A stretch of DNA of 45,739 nucleotides from an uncultured Erysipelotrichaceae bacterium. Its GTDB lineage: Bacteria; Bacillota_I; Bacilli_A; RFN20; CAG-826. The number at the start of each line of letters is the position of its first letter. Position 1 is the first letter of the stretch. This document shows, in pieces, positions 9,473 through 17,610 of the stretch. Both the position numbers and the translations under genes were made by a program. The stretch is from positions 1-45,739 of the forward strand of contig CAMGZU010000003.1 of assembly GCA_946183085.1 (NCBI GenBank). Direction: 5' to 3'. Below the pieces are notes generated by a model. That model worked only from the letters and a program-made list of their open reading frames with translations, made no database searches and was not told the origin of the DNA.

Positions 9473-11053
9473 TTATTTTGCGGTCTCGACGGCCCGATAT
9501 TCGCGGATGATGGAGATCTTGATCTGACCAGGATAGGTCATCTCATTCTCAATCTTCTCGCGCATTTTCTGCGACATGAGAACGGCTTCTTGGTCGCTCA
9601 CCTTCTCAGGAATGACCATGACGCGGATCTCGCGGCCCGATTGCATCGCAAAGGCCTGGGAGACGCCGTCGAAGGATTTGGCGATCGACTCAAGCTGCTC
9701 GATGCGCTTGATATAGGTCTCAAGGGTTTCGCTTCTCGCACCCGGACGGGCGGCGGATAAGGTATCGCCAGCCTGGACGAGGTGGGAGATGACGAATTTG
9801 GCTTCAACGTCGCCATGGTGCGATTCGATCGCGTTGATGACGACTTCCGGCTCGCCATATTTCTTCGCAAGGCGGGCGCCGAGTTCGACGTGGCTGCCTT
9901 CTTGCTCGAAGTCGATGGCTTTACCGATGTCATGGAGGAGGCCAGCGCGTTTGGCTAAGGTCTGATCCAAGCCAAGCTCGGCGGCCATGATGCCGGATAA
10001 ATAAGCGACTTCCATCGAGTGATCGAGGACGTTCTGACCATAGGAGGTGCGGTAATGGAGGCGGCCGATATAAGTGACGAGTTCGCGGTTGATGCGCGGG
10101 AGGCCGAGCTTGAAGACGGCGTCTTCGCCATACTTCTGGCAGCTTTCTTCGACTTCCTTTTTGCACTTTTCGGCGACCTCTTCGATGCGGCCCGGCTGGA
10201 TGCGGCCATCCTTGATTAAGTATTCAAGGGTGCGGCGCGCGATCTCGCGGCGGATCGGGTCGAAGCAGGAAACGGTGATGACTTCGGGGGTGTCGTCGAC
10301 GACGAGGTCAACGCCCAAAGAGGTCTCTAAGGCGTGGATGTTGCGACCTTCGCGGCCGATGATGCGGCCTTTGAGTTCGTCCGAGGGAAGGGCGACGACC
10401 GAGACGGTGCGTTCGCTCGTGACGTCTTGCGCGTATTTGGCGCAGGCGAGAGCGAGGAGGTCGCGGGCTTTCGCTTCCGCGGTCTCTTTGGCTTCGTCTT
10501 CCGCGTTGCGGATATAGGAAGCGATCTCCATCGACATCTTGCTTTCGACGCGGGCCATGATTTCGTCATGGGCCTCTTTGGTCGACATGCCGGCAACCTT
10601 TTCAAGCTCTTTGATAATGGCGTCAATCTGCTGGTCTAAGACTTCCTGACGTTTCTGAACCTGAGCGAGGCGGGTGTTGAGGGATTCGTTCTTGGCTTCA
10701 AGAGCGTTCTCTTTCTGGATGAGGGCGGTGTCACGCTGATCGATGGCTTGCTCACGGAGAGAAAGCTTCTGCTCTTGCGCGCTTAATTCGCCTTTGCGGC
10801 TGCGGATGTCGTTCTCAGCCTGCTGACGCGCTTCGAAGGCGGCCTGCTTGGCGTCGATTTCGGCATTCTTTTGGATGCGTTCGGCCTGGATCTTGGCATC
10901 GTGGATGATTTGCTTCGCATCGCGCTGGGCGCGACCTTTCGCGTTCTTGTTGATGAGGAACGTCACCAAAACAGCCACACCGGCACCAACGACGACGCCG
11001 GCGATTGCAAGACCTACTGTAAGACCAACATCCACCAAAACTGGGATAAACAT
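9473..11053 (-). CDS. rny: Ribonuclease Y
   Basis: N-terminal TM, coiled coil, KH motif KGRIIGREGRNI, HD motif LLHDIGKA, DTLSAARPGAR. Start at ATG 11053 (SD AAGGAG). Confidence 0.98.
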   Translation of the reverse strand: MFIPVLVDVGLTVGLAIAGVVVGAGVAVLVTFLINKNAKGRAQRDAKQIIHDAKIQAERIQKNAEIDAKQAAFEARQQAENDIRSRKGELSAQEQKLSLREQAIDQRDTALIQKENALEAKNESLNTRLAQVQKRQEVLDQQIDAIIKELEKVAGMSTKEAHDEIMARVESKMSMEIASYIRNAEDEAKETAEAKARDLLALACAKYAQDVTSERTVSVVALPSDELKGRIIGREGRNIHALETSLGVDLVVDDTPEVITVSCFDPIRREIARRTLEYLIKDGRIQPGRIEEVAEKCKKEVEESCQKYGEDAVFKLGLPRINRELVTYIGRLHYRTSYGQNVLDHSMEVAYLSGIMAAELGLDQTLAKRAGLLHDIGKAIDFEQEGSHVELGARLAKKYGEPEVVINAIESHHGDVEAKFVISHLVQAGDTLSAARPGARSETLETYIKRIEQLESIAKSFDGVSQAFAMQSGREIRVMVIPEKVSDQEAVLMSQKMREKIENEMTYPGQIKISIIREYRAVETAK

Positions 11054-11205
11054 TGTTGTGCTCCTTACATTACGTAAACCAAAAAAGCACTTAGAGAAAA
11101 CCCACAGCAACCAAGGGATGATGAATCTATAAGTAACGAGGCAAGCCTCGGAACATAAGGCCCAGAAGGAATCTATGGGACTAAGTACCTGAATGGTACT
11201 CGTTT

Positions 11206-11214
11206 ATTGTAGCA
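11206..11214 (-). promoter_or_regulatory. Extended -10 promoter (TGCTACAAT) for rny
   Basis: TG-n-TACAAT just downstream of the recA terminator; implies a leader of about 145 nt. Confidence 0.6.
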
Positions 11215-11253
11215 ACAAATCCCCGCCTTTTGAAACGCGAAACGCGAGAGAAG

Positions 11254-11282
11254 AAAAAAGAAGGGCCCCGTTGCCCTTCTTT
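11254..11282 (-). terminator. recA intrinsic terminator
   Basis: AAAGAAGGGC-AACGGG-GCCCTTCTTT followed by a T-rich run. Confidence 0.8.
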
Positions 11283-11296
11283 CGTTCGAAATTTGT

Positions 11297-12316
11297 TTAT
11301 TTATCGCCCTCTTGCGGTTTGGCCCAAGCTTCACGGATATGGCCTTCCAAATCCGCTCTGGCTTCTTCGTGCTGCTCGAGATACATCTTCGCGGCTTCGC
11401 GGCCATTGCCGATCTTCTCGCCGGCGACTTCGTACCAGTTGCCCGACTTGGAGATGAAGCCCATCTCAACGCCGAGATCGAGGAGCTCGCCCGTCTGGGA
11501 GATGCCTTTGCCATAGATGATTTCAATGGTGCAGTTCTTAAACGGCGAGGCGACTTTGTTCTTCACGACTTTGACTTTGACGGTGTTGCCGATCATGTCA
11601 GAGCCGCTCTTAATCGCTTCGGCGCGGCGGATGTCGATGCGGATGGTCGCATAGAACTTGAGCGCGCGGCCGCCGGTCGTGGTTTCGGGGTTGCCATACA
11701 TAACGCCGACTTTTTCGCGGAGCTGGTTGATGAAGATGACGACGCAGCCGGTCTTGTTGAGGATGCCGGCGAGCTTACGCATCGCCTTCGACATCAAGCG
11801 GGCTTGCAAGCCAACTTGGTTGTCGCTCATCACGCCGTCGAGTTCCGCTTGCGGAACAAGGGCCGCAACCGAGTCGACGATAATGATGTCGATCGCGCCA
11901 GACTGGGCAAGCATCTCGACGATTTCGAGGGCCTGTTCGCCGCTATCCGGCTGCGAAAGGATGAGCTCATCGGTATTGACGCCGAGTTTGGCGGCGTATT
12001 CCGGATCAATCGCGTGCTCGGCATCGACGAAGGCGGCGCGTCCGCCTTTCTTCTGAGCCTCGGCGATCGCGTGCAAAGCAAGGGTGGTTTTACCAGAGGA
12101 CTCCGGACCATAGATTTCGATGATCCTGCCTTTGGGATAGCCGCCGACGCCAAGCGCCTGATCGAGAAGCATGGAGCCGGAAGGGATCACGTCCACGCTC
12201 ACGTTCGGGCGGTCGCCAAGCTTCATGACCGCGCCTTTGCCATAAGCCTTCTCGATGGTCTTAAGCGCATCGGCCAAGGCTTTTTCTTTGATTTTGTTTT
12301 CGTCTTCAACACTCAT
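11297..12316 (-). CDS. recA: Recombinase RecA
   Basis: [58 protein letters not shown]. Confidence 0.99.
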   Translation of the reverse strand: MSVEDENKIKEKALADALKTIEKAYGKGAVMKLGDRPNVSVDVIPSGSMLLDQALGVGGYPKGRIIEIYGPESSGKTTLALHAIAEAQKKGGRAAFVDAEHAIDPEYAAKLGVNTDELILSQPDSGEQALEIVEMLAQSGAIDIIIVDSVAALVPQAELDGVMSDNQVGLQARLMSKAMRKLAGILNKTGCVVIFINQLREKVGVMYGNPETTTGGRALKFYATIRIDIRRAEAIKSGSDMIGNTVKVKVVKNKVASPFKNCTIEIIYGKGISQTGELLDLGVEMGFISKSGNWYEVAGEKIGNGREAAKMYLEQHEEARADLEGHIREAWAKPQEGDK

Positions 12317-12363
12317 TGTTGATTACCTCCATTAATTAGTAGTCACTTTTGACCACTTTGGAA

Positions 12364-12837
12364 TTAACTTTTTGCAATTTCGAGGAGAAATTCGATCATT
12401 TTCTCCACCGCCGCTTCGCGGATTTCGTTGCGGCTTCCCTTAAGAATAACTTGTTTGATGTAAGTTTCCTTATTGGACGCAACCGCCATATCGATTTCGC
12501 CGACGGGCGCTTCCCCGGGTTCGGCGGTCGGGCCGGCGTTCCCGGTGATCGAGATGACGTAATCGGCCTCTAGGGCTTTCTTGCCGCCTTCGGCCATCTC
12601 TTTGGCGATTTCCTTGGAGACGACGCCATAGGTGTCGATGTCCTTTTGGGATACCTCGGCCAGTTTGACCTTCACTCCCGGGTGATACGAGATGATGCCA
12701 CCCCGATAGACCTTGGAGGCGCCAGGGACGGAGCAAATCGTCGCTCCAAATAAGCCCGCCGTCATGCTTTCCACCGAGCCAAGGGTCCACCCCTTCTCTT
12801 TGAAAAGCGTTAAGAGTTCCTCGGCTTTATTTGCCAT
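12364..12837 (-). CDS. cinA: CinA C-terminal domain protein (PncC-like NMN deamidase), standalone
   Basis: VESMTAG, GVVSKEIAKEMAEG, SITGNAGP, GSRNEIR. Sits between pgsA and recA and lacks the N-terminal MoCF domain. Confidence 0.85.
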   Translation of the reverse strand: MANKAEELLTLFKEKGWTLGSVESMTAGLFGATICSVPGASKVYRGGIISYHPGVKVKLAEVSQKDIDTYGVVSKEIAKEMAEGGKKALEADYVISITGNAGPTAEPGEAPVGEIDMAVASNKETYIKQVILKGSRNEIREAAVEKMIEFLLEIAKS

Positions 12838-13522
12838 CCTTCACCTCATCGACAAGAACATGACGGTTCTGAATGACGTAGATGACGCCGGAGATGAGGG
12901 ACATAAGGGTTGCCAGATAGACGAACCACATGCAAACACGGAGCTCGGGATGCCAAGAGCCATCGAAATAGGTGAATGGCCAGCCATTCAAGAAGACGAG
13001 CGGCAGCGCGACCATTTGGAAGATGGTCTTAAGCTTGCCGAAGATGTTGGCGGCGACCACCTGCCCTTTCGAGGCGGCGACGAAGCGCATCGTATCGACG
13101 ACCAGGTCGCGGAGGATCATAAGGACGACGCAAATCCAAGGGATGAGGGCTTGGGTGTCCGCAAGCGGATGCGGCATGGAAATGGGGGCGTAATTCACAT
13201 AGAAGGGCATCGAGACCGCCAAAAGGACAAGCGAGGAATTCACGAGCATCTTGTCGGCGATCGGATCCAAGAACTTGCCCAAGGTCGTGACCTGGTGCCA
13301 CTTCCTGGCGAGATAGCCATCCAAGGCGTCCGTGGCGGCCGCGACGACAAAGACGATGCAACCAACGAGGTTCACGACATAGATGCCGCTATTGCCAAGT
13401 TGAGCGTTTGCCCAAGAGCCGCGGTTGAGGCTGGAGATCCAAGCCGCGAAATAAAAGGCGAGCAAAGCGACCACGCCGGCGATGCGGACGATGGTGATTT
13501 TGGTGGGAATATTAATCTTCAT
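12827..13522 (-). CDS. pgsA: CDP-diacylglycerol--glycerol-3-phosphate 3-phosphatidyltransferase
   Basis: NIPTKITIVR, TDALDGYLARK, LGKFLDPIADK, GKLKTIFQM. Start at ATG 13522. Confidence 0.95.
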   Translation of the reverse strand: MKINIPTKITIVRIAGVVALLAFYFAAWISSLNRGSWANAQLGNSGIYVVNLVGCIVFVVAAATDALDGYLARKWHQVTTLGKFLDPIADKMLVNSSLVLLAVSMPFYVNYAPISMPHPLADTQALIPWICVVLMILRDLVVDTMRFVAASKGQVVAANIFGKLKTIFQMVALPLVFLNGWPFTYFDGSWHPELRVCMWFVYLATLMSLISGVIYVIQNRHVLVDEVKDGK

Positions 13523-13561
13523 GCGCTTATTATAGGCGCTTGCGTGTGTTAAGAAAACTAG

Positions 13562-13614
13562 TTTTATCTCCCATGGAGATAAAAACAAAAACTCCCGTGT
13601 TGTTCGGGAGTTTT
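13562..13614 (-). terminator. rnpB terminator plus a second hairpin
   Basis: AAAACTCCCG-N7-CGGGAGTTTT followed by TGTTTTT, then the perfect 10-bp inverted repeat TTTTATCTCC-N3-GGAGATAAAA (13562-13584). Confidence 0.75.
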
Positions 13615-13619
13615 AGTGA

Positions 13620-13949
13620 GTCTCCGACCCGATAAGCCATGTTATGTCGAGGGTGGCAATTTATCTCAGGTTTCCCTGGCCCCCGCCGCTTCGATTCGCA
13701 TTGGGCGCTTCCCTTACCAAATTTAGGTTTCTCGCTTGTGGGGTTTACCGCGTTTCATCTTGATGTCGCCATCAAGCTCGTCTCTGTGGCACCTTAGGGA
13801 ACTCATTCTCAATGAGACTTCGTTCCGCCGTTACGTTCTCCAACGTACCCAAGGTTATTTCTTCCCTTGGCGCAAACACTACCGGCATCACAGCCGGTGC
13901 GAGCATGGACTTTCCTCTCCGAGATGGAGCAACCACCTGGGCCGGAGGG
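13620..13949 (-). ncRNA. rnpB: RNase P RNA, bacterial B-type
   Basis: Minus strand carries GAGGAAAGTCCATGCTC, GTGCCACAGAGACGAG, AAACGCGGTAAACCCCAC and ACATAACATGGCTTA. P1 is CTCCGGCCC/GGGTCGGAG. Lies downstream of gpsB as in Bacillus. Confidence 0.97.
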
Positions 13950-13952
13950 TTT

Positions 13953-14312
13953 TTAGAGTTTCGTCGGATCGACGCCCATCTTCCACAAGGCCCGCTCCAT
14001 CTTGTCGATGCGTTTCAGCAGGTCCATGTTCTCCGAAGTGACGTGATCCCCCTCTTTGATCCCCTCCAGCCGATTCTTCATCGAGCCATTGGAGACCTCG
14101 AGTTTTCGTTTTTCGTCTTTCACTCGCCTGTTCTCGAGTTCGAGATTGTTGATGTAGTTGGTGCTCTCTTTGACGTAATTGGCAAACGTCCGATAGTCCT
14201 GGATGACCTGATCGAGGAATTCGTCGACTTCGTCCGAATCATAGCCTTTCACGTTGGGTGTGAAGCGCTTGTTGAGGATTTTGTCGGTTGATAGAACAAG
14301 GCGGTTATCCAT
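13953..14312 (-). CDS. gpsB: GpsB/DivIVA domain protein
   Basis: ILNKRFTPNVKGYDSDEVDEFLDQVIQDY, coiled coil, C-terminal NMDLLKRIDKME. gpsB-rnpB synteny. Confidence 0.85.
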   Translation of the reverse strand: MDNRLVLSTDKILNKRFTPNVKGYDSDEVDEFLDQVIQDYRTFANYVKESTNYINNLELENRRVKDEKRKLEVSNGSMKNRLEGIKEGDHVTSENMDLLKRIDKMERALWKMGVDPTKL

Positions 14313-14365
14313 AAGAGTGCGGGCAAATTATAGAATGGCTTCCCCTTTTCTTCAATGCGCGCATG

Positions 14366-14396
14366 AAAGAAGGAGCCTCCTTTTTAGGAGACTCCT
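14366..14396 (-). terminator. Terminator of the orphan-NfeD-SPFH operon
   Basis: AGGAGTCTCCT-AAAA-AGGAGGCTCCT followed by TCTTTC. Confidence 0.65.
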
Positions 14397-14403
14397 CAAA
14401 GGG

Positions 14404-15351
14404 TTATTCCTTTTTCTCGCGAACGGTTTCCGCGATCGCCGAGGCGACCGAGCCGATCTGGGCGAGGTTGTTCGGCATGAAGATCTTGGTCGCGTTGCCA
14501 TCGGCCACCTTCTCCAAGGCTTCGTAGCCTTTGATGGTGAGAACCGATTTGTCGGCGCCGGCCTCTTTGATCATCCGGATACCGTCGGCTTCCGCTTGAC
14601 GGGTGAGGCGGATACCTTCCGCTTCGGCCTGCTTGATGTTGAGGAGCTTCTGGGCTTCACCTTCCGCGCGGCGGATGGTGGATTCCTTTTCCGCCTCGGC
14701 GTTAAGAATCATAGATTCTTTGTTACCTTCGGCGATCAAGATGGCGGACTGCTTCTGACCTTCGGCGAGCAAGACCTTTTCGCGCTTTTCGCGTTCGGCG
14801 CGCATTTGGCGTTCCATGGCCTCGCGGATGTCTTTCGGCGGAAGGATGTTCTTCACCTCGACGCGGGTGACCTTGATGCCCCAGGGGTCGGTGGCTTCGT
14901 CGAGGATGCGGCGCATCTTCTCGTTGATGAGGTCACGCGAAGTGAGCGTGCTGTCGAGATCGAGGTCGCCGATCAAGTTACGGAGCGTGGTGGCAGAGAG
15001 GTATTCAATCGCCTGATTCGGGTTTTGGACGCCATAAGCGAAGAGCTTCGGGTCGGTGACCTGATAGAAGACGATGGTGTCAATCTGCATCGTGACATTG
15101 TCACGGGTGATGACGGACTGCGGCGGGAAGTCGCGGACCTGTTCCTTCATGTCGATGCGATAGGCGACTTTGTCGATGAAAGGGACTTTGATGTGGATGC
15201 CAGTTCCCCAAGTGGTATGGTAGGCGCCCAAGCGCTCGATGATTCCCTTTTCGGTCTGGCCCATGACCTTGATGTTGGACACAAAGATGATGATGGCGAT
15301 GCCCAAGAGGACACCGATGATGATAAGAGCAATGATTGCACCCTGCGGCAT
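14404..15351 (-). CDS. SPFH/band 7/stomatin-like membrane protein (QmcA-like)
   Basis: N-terminal TM, IERLGAY, PPQSVITRDNVTMQID, TTLRNLIG, WGIKVTRVE, QMRAEREKR. Confidence 0.95.
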   Translation of the reverse strand: MPQGAIIALIIIGVLLGIAIIIFVSNIKVMGQTEKGIIERLGAYHTTWGTGIHIKVPFIDKVAYRIDMKEQVRDFPPQSVITRDNVTMQIDTIVFYQVTDPKLFAYGVQNPNQAIEYLSATTLRNLIGDLDLDSTLTSRDLINEKMRRILDEATDPWGIKVTRVEVKNILPPKDIREAMERQMRAEREKREKVLLAEGQKQSAILIAEGNKESMILNAEAEKESTIRRAEGEAQKLLNIKQAEAEGIRLTRQAEADGIRMIKEAGADKSVLTIKGYEALEKVADGNATKIFMPNNLAQIGSVASAIAETVREKKE

Positions 15352-15352
15352 T

Positions 15353-15805
15353 TTACTTTTCCTCCTCTTTTCTAACGACTAATTTTACGCCTTGAATGGC
15401 AAGGACGGTAACAATCTCGTCTTCGATGAGCTCTTCCCCTTCTTTTTCGGGGATGGCCGACCACTTTTTGCCATCGACGAAGACCTCACCCGGCTGGCGG
15501 AGATTGCCAGAGATGGTCACGACCGCTTTCTTGCCGATGATCTCGTCGACGTTGGTTTTGACGAGGTCGTGCTTCATGAATTTCTTCAAGAAGGGTCGGA
15601 GCAAGATGAAGGCGCTGGCCGAGATGACCACGAAGATGATGACTTCCACCCACCAAGGAACGTTGGGGATGAAGGAGACCACGAGGGCAATCAAGGCGCC
15701 CGCGGCGAACCAGACGCTGACAAGGTCGTTGGTGACCGCCTCGACAATGACGGCGATCACGACGGCGGCAAGCCAGACAATCCACATATACGTTTCGATG
15801 CTCAT
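15353..15805 (-). CDS. NfeD family protein (short NfeD1b/YbbJ type)
   Basis: Three to four TMs, then an OB-fold region TNVDEIIGKKAVV...GEVFVDGKKWSA...GVKLVV. Directly upstream of SPFH. Confidence 0.92.
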   Translation of the reverse strand: MSIETYMWIVWLAAVVIAVIVEAVTNDLVSVWFAAGALIALVVSFIPNVPWWVEVIIFVVISASAFILLRPFLKKFMKHDLVKTNVDEIIGKKAVVTISGNLRQPGEVFVDGKKWSAIPEKEGEELIEDEIVTVLAIQGVKLVVRKEEEK

Positions 15806-16179
15806 TGTTTGCTTTCCTTTCCGGTCTTGATGACCAATAGGTTTTCTTTTTCGAGGAATTCGCTCTCGAATTGCATCGGCTTATCGCTGAGCTCTAAGCC
15901 CAAGGCCGCCCCGATCTGGGACATGAGTCCGGTGGACGATATGCGGGCGTATGACTTCTTACAAGCGATCTTGTAGATGCCTTCGCCCCCGCTCGTATCG
16001 CTATCCGCTTCGTTTTTCGTCAAAGGCCGGATGACGACGTTCTTATCGTCATTTAAGCCGATGCGCACAACGTAGGCGTGCTCGAAGGGGATGGCGGCAA
16101 CCGCATTGAGGGTCAAATTCGTTTTGTAGAACGTCGCCAATCCGGTTTTCGTTTTTTCATCGAACCAAGTGATTTGCAT
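15802..16179 (-). CDS. Hypothetical 125-aa protein, predicted tandem AbrB/MraZ-like swapped-hairpin fold
   Basis: SD GGAGG 8 nt before ATG 16179; ATGA overlap with nfeD. The ORF is well supported; the fold is an inference from the (beta-beta-alpha-beta-beta)x2 pattern. Confidence 0.8.
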   Translation of the reverse strand: MQITWFDEKTKTGLATFYKTNLTLNAVAAIPFEHAYVVRIGLNDDKNVVIRPLTKNEADSDTSGGEGIYKIACKKSYARISSTGLMSQIGAALGLELSDKPMQFESEFLEKENLLVIKTGKESKQ

Positions 16180-16208
16180 AGGCAGCACCTCCTTTTCCTT
16201 CATTATCC

Positions 16209-16248
16209 ATACTTTTCAAAGTTTTTCAATACGTTTCAATACTTTTCG
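16209..16248. repeat. Four tandem 10-bp direct repeats (consensus ATACTTTTCA)
   Basis: ATACTTTTCA / AAGTTTTTCA / ATACGTTTCA / ATACTTTTCG in the divergent promoter region. They overlap a minus-strand TTGAAA-16-GATAAT promoter (16229-16202). Confidence 0.85.
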
Positions 16249-16285
16249 TTCAACCTCGGAAAAATCTTCCGTTATAATGGTTGCC

Positions 16286-17014
16286 GTGAAACAGCTAGAG
16301 AAAGCCCTAAGGGGCAAACGGGTCTTGGTCTTCTTGGACCTCGAAGGAACGCAATTCAGCCATGAAATGATTGAAATCGGCGCTTACAAAGCCTACCTTC
16401 GTGACGATCTCACCATCCGGAAGATCATGGGTGGATTCAAATACTACGTAAAGCCAAAGTCCCACATCGGCCATGTCGTCACCAACTTAACCGGCATCAC
16501 CGAGAAGCTCATCGAAGAAAAAGGCGTCCCCTACCGCGTCGTGCAGCAAGCCTTCCGCAAATACGTCGGCAAGGACTGGGACAAATGCCTTTTCGTCACC
16601 TTCGGCAACCACGACTGCCGCATCATCTCCCAATCGGCGGAGAACAACATGGATGCCTCAATGGAACAGGCGCGCTACGTCATCCATCATGCCTGGGACT
16701 ATAGCGAGTTCATCGCTCGCTTCATCCGCGATGACAAAGGCAACAATTACTCCTTATCCAATTATCTGAAGCTCTTCGGCGTCGATTTCGAAGGCCAGAA
16801 GCACGACGCCCTTGCCGATGCTTATAACCTCATCGACCTTTATAAAGCCTTCTTGGCCAAACCCGAGATCGTCATGCGCGAATACGAGAAAACCCTCGGC
16901 CTAAGCCGCAACCACTTCCCCGAGCCAGTCCGTCAGGTCATGGCCAAGCTTTCGCAAGGCGAAGCGGTCTCCCCCGAAGAATACGCCTCTTACATCAAGG
17001 AATATCTCCAATGA
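16286..17014 (+). CDS. DEDDh 3'-5' exonuclease (KapD/Eri1-like)
   Basis: ExoI FLDLEGT...EMIEIGA, LTGIT, FGNHD, ExoIII HDALADA. Start is GTG 16286 (leaderless) or ATG 16277. Confidence 0.85.
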   Translation: MKQLEKALRGKRVLVFLDLEGTQFSHEMIEIGAYKAYLRDDLTIRKIMGGFKYYVKPKSHIGHVVTNLTGITEKLIEEKGVPYRVVQQAFRKYVGKDWDKCLFVTFGNHDCRIISQSAENNMDASMEQARYVIHHAWDYSEFIARFIRDDKGNNYSLSNYLKLFGVDFEGQKHDALADAYNLIDLYKAFLAKPEIVMREYEKTLGLSRNHFPEPVRQVMAKLSQGEAVSPEEYASYIKEYLQ

Positions 17015-17610
17015 CGATTCGTTACCCAAAAGGCGTCCATCCCAAAGCCTCGGGCGAAGTGAAGAAACGCACCGCGAAGAAATACAGCCCGAAGATCTCC
17101 ACCGCCAACCGCGGCATGGCTTTTGAGAAGGCGATCAACGAATCCAATCAGTACTACATCGACCACGATCGCGCAGTCATCACAAAACGCCCAACCCCAA
17201 TCAACATCGTCAAGGTCGATTACAGCAAAGGGGCTAAAATCACCCAAGCCTATTTTGAAACGCAATCCACCACCGACTATAACGGCGTTTATAAGGGGCG
17301 TTATCTCGATTTCGAGGCAAAGAGCACGGTTTCCCGGACCTCGTTTCCCTTAAGCAACATCCCCAAGCAGCAAATCGATCATTTGGAGCGTGTCCTCGCC
17401 CATGGAGGCATCGCTTTCTTCCTGATTCAATGCGTGAGCCTCAACGAAACTTATCTGCTCCCTGCTTCTTACGTTGTTTCCTTTTGGAAAGAAAGACCGA
17501 GGGAATCGATCCCCTTTGACGAATTGAAAAAGAACGGCTACCTCGTCAAAGAAGGTTATTCGCCCCGTTATGATTACCTACCTTTGGTAGACGAAGTCTT
17601 TTTGAAATAA
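17011..17610 (+). CDS. recU: Holliday junction resolvase RecU
   Basis: NRGMAFE, KRPTPINIV, STTDYNGVYKGRYLDFEAKST, QQIDHL. Confidence 0.98.
   Translation: MTIRYPKGVHPKASGEVKKRTAKKYSPKISTANRGMAFEKAINESNQYYIDHDRAVITKRPTPINIVKVDYSKGAKITQAYFETQSTTDYNGVYKGRYLDFEAKSTVSRTSFPLSNIPKQQIDHLERVLAHGGIAFFLIQCVSLNETYLLPASYVVSFWKERPRESIPFDELKKNGYLVKEGYSPRYDYLPLVDEVFLK

Noticed and set aside
13736-14041. Plus-strand ORFs over the 13.6-13.95 kb gap
   Set aside because: The region is fully explained by RNase P RNA and gpsB on the minus strand.
11312-15375. Long antisense ORFs (11312..12322 opposite recA, 14254..15375 opposite SPFH; similar ones opposite miaA, miaB, der, sufB and the lipoproteins)
   Set aside because: Mirror-frame shadows. 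The real genes avoid TTA/CTA/TCA codons, so the opposite strand lacks stops. They have no motifs, SD or promoter.
16209-16248. The direct repeats as a CRISPR remnant, iterons or DnaA boxes
   Set aside because: The units are contiguous 10-mers with no spacers, there are no cas or rep genes nearby, and they do not match the TTATCCACA consensus.
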